This document shows positions 62,777 to 64,000 of a stretch of DNA of 64,000 nucleotides, piece after piece. Under the pieces are notes generated by a model that was given only the letters and a program-made list of their open reading frames with translations, did not search any database and was not told the origin of the DNA. The first letter of the stretch is position 1. The number at the start of each line of letters is the position of its first letter. A program made the position numbers and the translations under genes. Source of the stretch: Dehalococcoidia bacterium (GTDB taxonomy: Bacteria; Chloroflexota; Dehalococcoidia; UBA2979). Location of the stretch: contig JAPYRK010000007.1 in NCBI GenBank assembly GCA_029941115.1, forward strand, positions 2,042 through 66,041, written 5' to 3'.

Positions 62777-63245
62777 CATAAGCCGACGGTTTAGTAACTG
62801 AACTCACTCGCAGCGGATGCCGGGGATAGTTGTATTTCGTCAACCCAAGACACCTTGTCTTATTCGGAAGGTGTCGGTAAATTTCCTTCACACGGGATTG
62901 AAATAGACGGGTTCCTACTAAAGAGCCCCAGGCAACCATGCAGCTCTCAGACCGTTTAAAATGATCAAGTAGGACAGAGTCATTCTCAGGACCGACAGGA
63001 TCTAGAATAGACGTTAGTCTCTTGGGGTCAGTTGACCTAAATCCAAAGAGATTAACAATCACTATGGCGCCAAAACCCCAGTGGTTAGAAAAGCTAATAC
63101 AGCGTCTGGTAGTTGCGTCCTCTGCCGTGGCGTCAGCAGTGCTCGGGTTTAACATGACCCACAGAAGCTCTTCTCCGTTGGCCCAGCGTCGACCCAAGGA
63201 ATATCTATATACGTTATCTACTGAAATTAAAGCTTTACGAATCAA
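62769..63245 (-). CDS. DUF1643-like protein
   Basis: LWVMLNPSTADA ... RRC ... IVNLFGFRSTDP ... DPVGPEND pattern, recalled from DUF1643 family members. Confidence 0.5.
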   Translation of the reverse strand: MIRKALISVDNVYRYSLGRRWANGEELLWVMLNPSTADATAEDATTRRCISFSNHWGFGAIVIVNLFGFRSTDPKRLTSILDPVGPENDSVLLDHFKRSESCMVAWGSLVGTRLFQSRVKEIYRHLPNKTRCLGLTKYNYPRHPLRVSSVTKPSAYVM

Positions 63246-63270
63246 TGAAGCCTCTAGGAAAATACGGACT

Positions 63271-63702
63271 CTACGAACAGGTGCGCGCTACGCCAGATCC
63301 ATCCGAAGTCTGAAAAGATGAGCCACAGGCGCACGAAGATACCGCATTAGGGTTGTGGATCGTAAAGCCGCTCTTCATTAAATCTTCTACATAGTCAATT
63401 TCTGCACCTGAAATCATGGGAACAGAATCTTTATCAATCACAACCCTGACCTCACCTAAATCGACTATCTTGTCAGTATCTTCTGCGGCTTCAGCAATTG
63501 ACATTCCATATTGAAAGCCTGAGCATCCTCCCCCGACAACAAAAACACGGAGAAATGCGTCAGTGAAACCTTTATCAGCAAGGAGACTCTGTGCTTTAGT
63601 CACCGCCCTCGGGGTAACTGTTACAAATACCTCAGCTTCGTCGACAGTGGCTACGTCTGTCCTGGAAATAGTAGGACCCATACCTGGCAAAATTGACGTC
63701 AT
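63271..63702 (-). CDS. erpA: A-type iron-sulfur cluster carrier (IscA/SufA/ErpA family)
   Basis: GGGCSGFQYGM ... SSCACGSSF conserved Cys triad. Confidence 0.8.
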   Translation of the reverse strand: MTSILPGMGPTISRTDVATVDEAEVFVTVTPRAVTKAQSLLADKGFTDAFLRVFVVGGGCSGFQYGMSIAEAAEDTDKIVDLGEVRVVIDKDSVPMISGAEIDYVEDLMKSGFTIHNPNAVSSCACGSSFQTSDGSGVARTCS

Positions 63703-63746
63703 TGGACTTCTCCCATTTTATAACTTACGAACTCTCTAAGTGTATC

Positions 63747-63983
63747 TTATTTTTCGATCAAATATGTCAATATTTGAGTACCCACTTGGTGATCTTCCTC
63801 AACTAAAGTAACTCGAGCATCTAGTAATTCGCTCAGCAGTTCACAGGATCGCCCTATTAGGCCATCTTCATATCGAGCTAGCATACCTAATCCATACATT
63901 TCAACCCGTTCGTGATCGGCATCAGGATCGACGGCATATCGTACCTGGTACTCAATACCTTCGAGATACATGAATTGGGCCAC
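63747..63983 (-). CDS. hypothetical small protein (may extend beyond window end)
   Basis: ORF only. Confidence 0.3.
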   Translation of the reverse strand: MAQFMYLEGIEYQVRYAVDPDADHERVEMYGLGMLARYEDGLIGRSCELLSELLDARVTLVEEDHQVGTQILTYLIEK

Positions 63984-64000
63984 CTGCTCTGCTCGCTCCA

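Noticed and set aside
1-64000. Search for CRISPR repeats, IS elements, integrases, phage or defence-system genes
   Set aside because: No direct-repeat arrays in ORF-free regions. No transposase, integrase, recombinase, restriction-modification, toxin-antitoxin or other defence-type signatures in any translated frame. The window appears to be core chromosome.

Overview
This is a 64-kb, densely coding stretch of a bacterial chromosome (about 69 protein genes, GC near 48 percent). I recognise no rRNA, tRNA, CRISPR array, transposase, integrase or phage gene, so it looks like core genome rather than an accessory island, and I found no obvious defence island or other clearly novel system. Recognisable content falls into these groups. 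(1) Translation genes: thrS, infC-rpmI-rplT, pheT and pheS (uncoupled), aspS, an alpha2-type glyQS, and rpmE-rpmA-rplU. (2) A three-part acyl-CoA carboxylase (biotin carboxylase plus BCCP at 4.9-6.9 kb, carboxyltransferase at 16.0-17.6 kb), several enoyl-CoA hydratases and a HadAB-like hotdog dehydratase pair. (3) A compact TCA-cycle cluster: icd-mdh-fumC convergent with sdhC-sdhA-sdhB. (4) Proteostasis genes: tig-clpP-clpX and ftsH. (5) tlyA-nadK, two peptide-type ABC importers that both lack ATPase genes, H+-pyrophosphatase, rnhB-yraN, a 7Fe ferredoxin and an IscA-type carrier. Lineage markers (alpha2 GlyRS, single-anchor type-B succinate dehydrogenase, LDH-like Mdh, LysM, tlyA-nadK linkage, eukaryote-like IDH, membrane PPase) suggest a monoderm-like lineage such as Chloroflexota or Actinobacteria; this is a guess. 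Things worth a second look: infC starts on AUA behind a perfect Shine-Dalgarno; a 486-bp ORF-free gap sits between convergent genes (ncRNA candidate); tandem FmdB-like zinc-ribbon paralogs; a DarA/YaaQ-like PII protein among ribosomal genes; and several orphan membrane hypotheticals.
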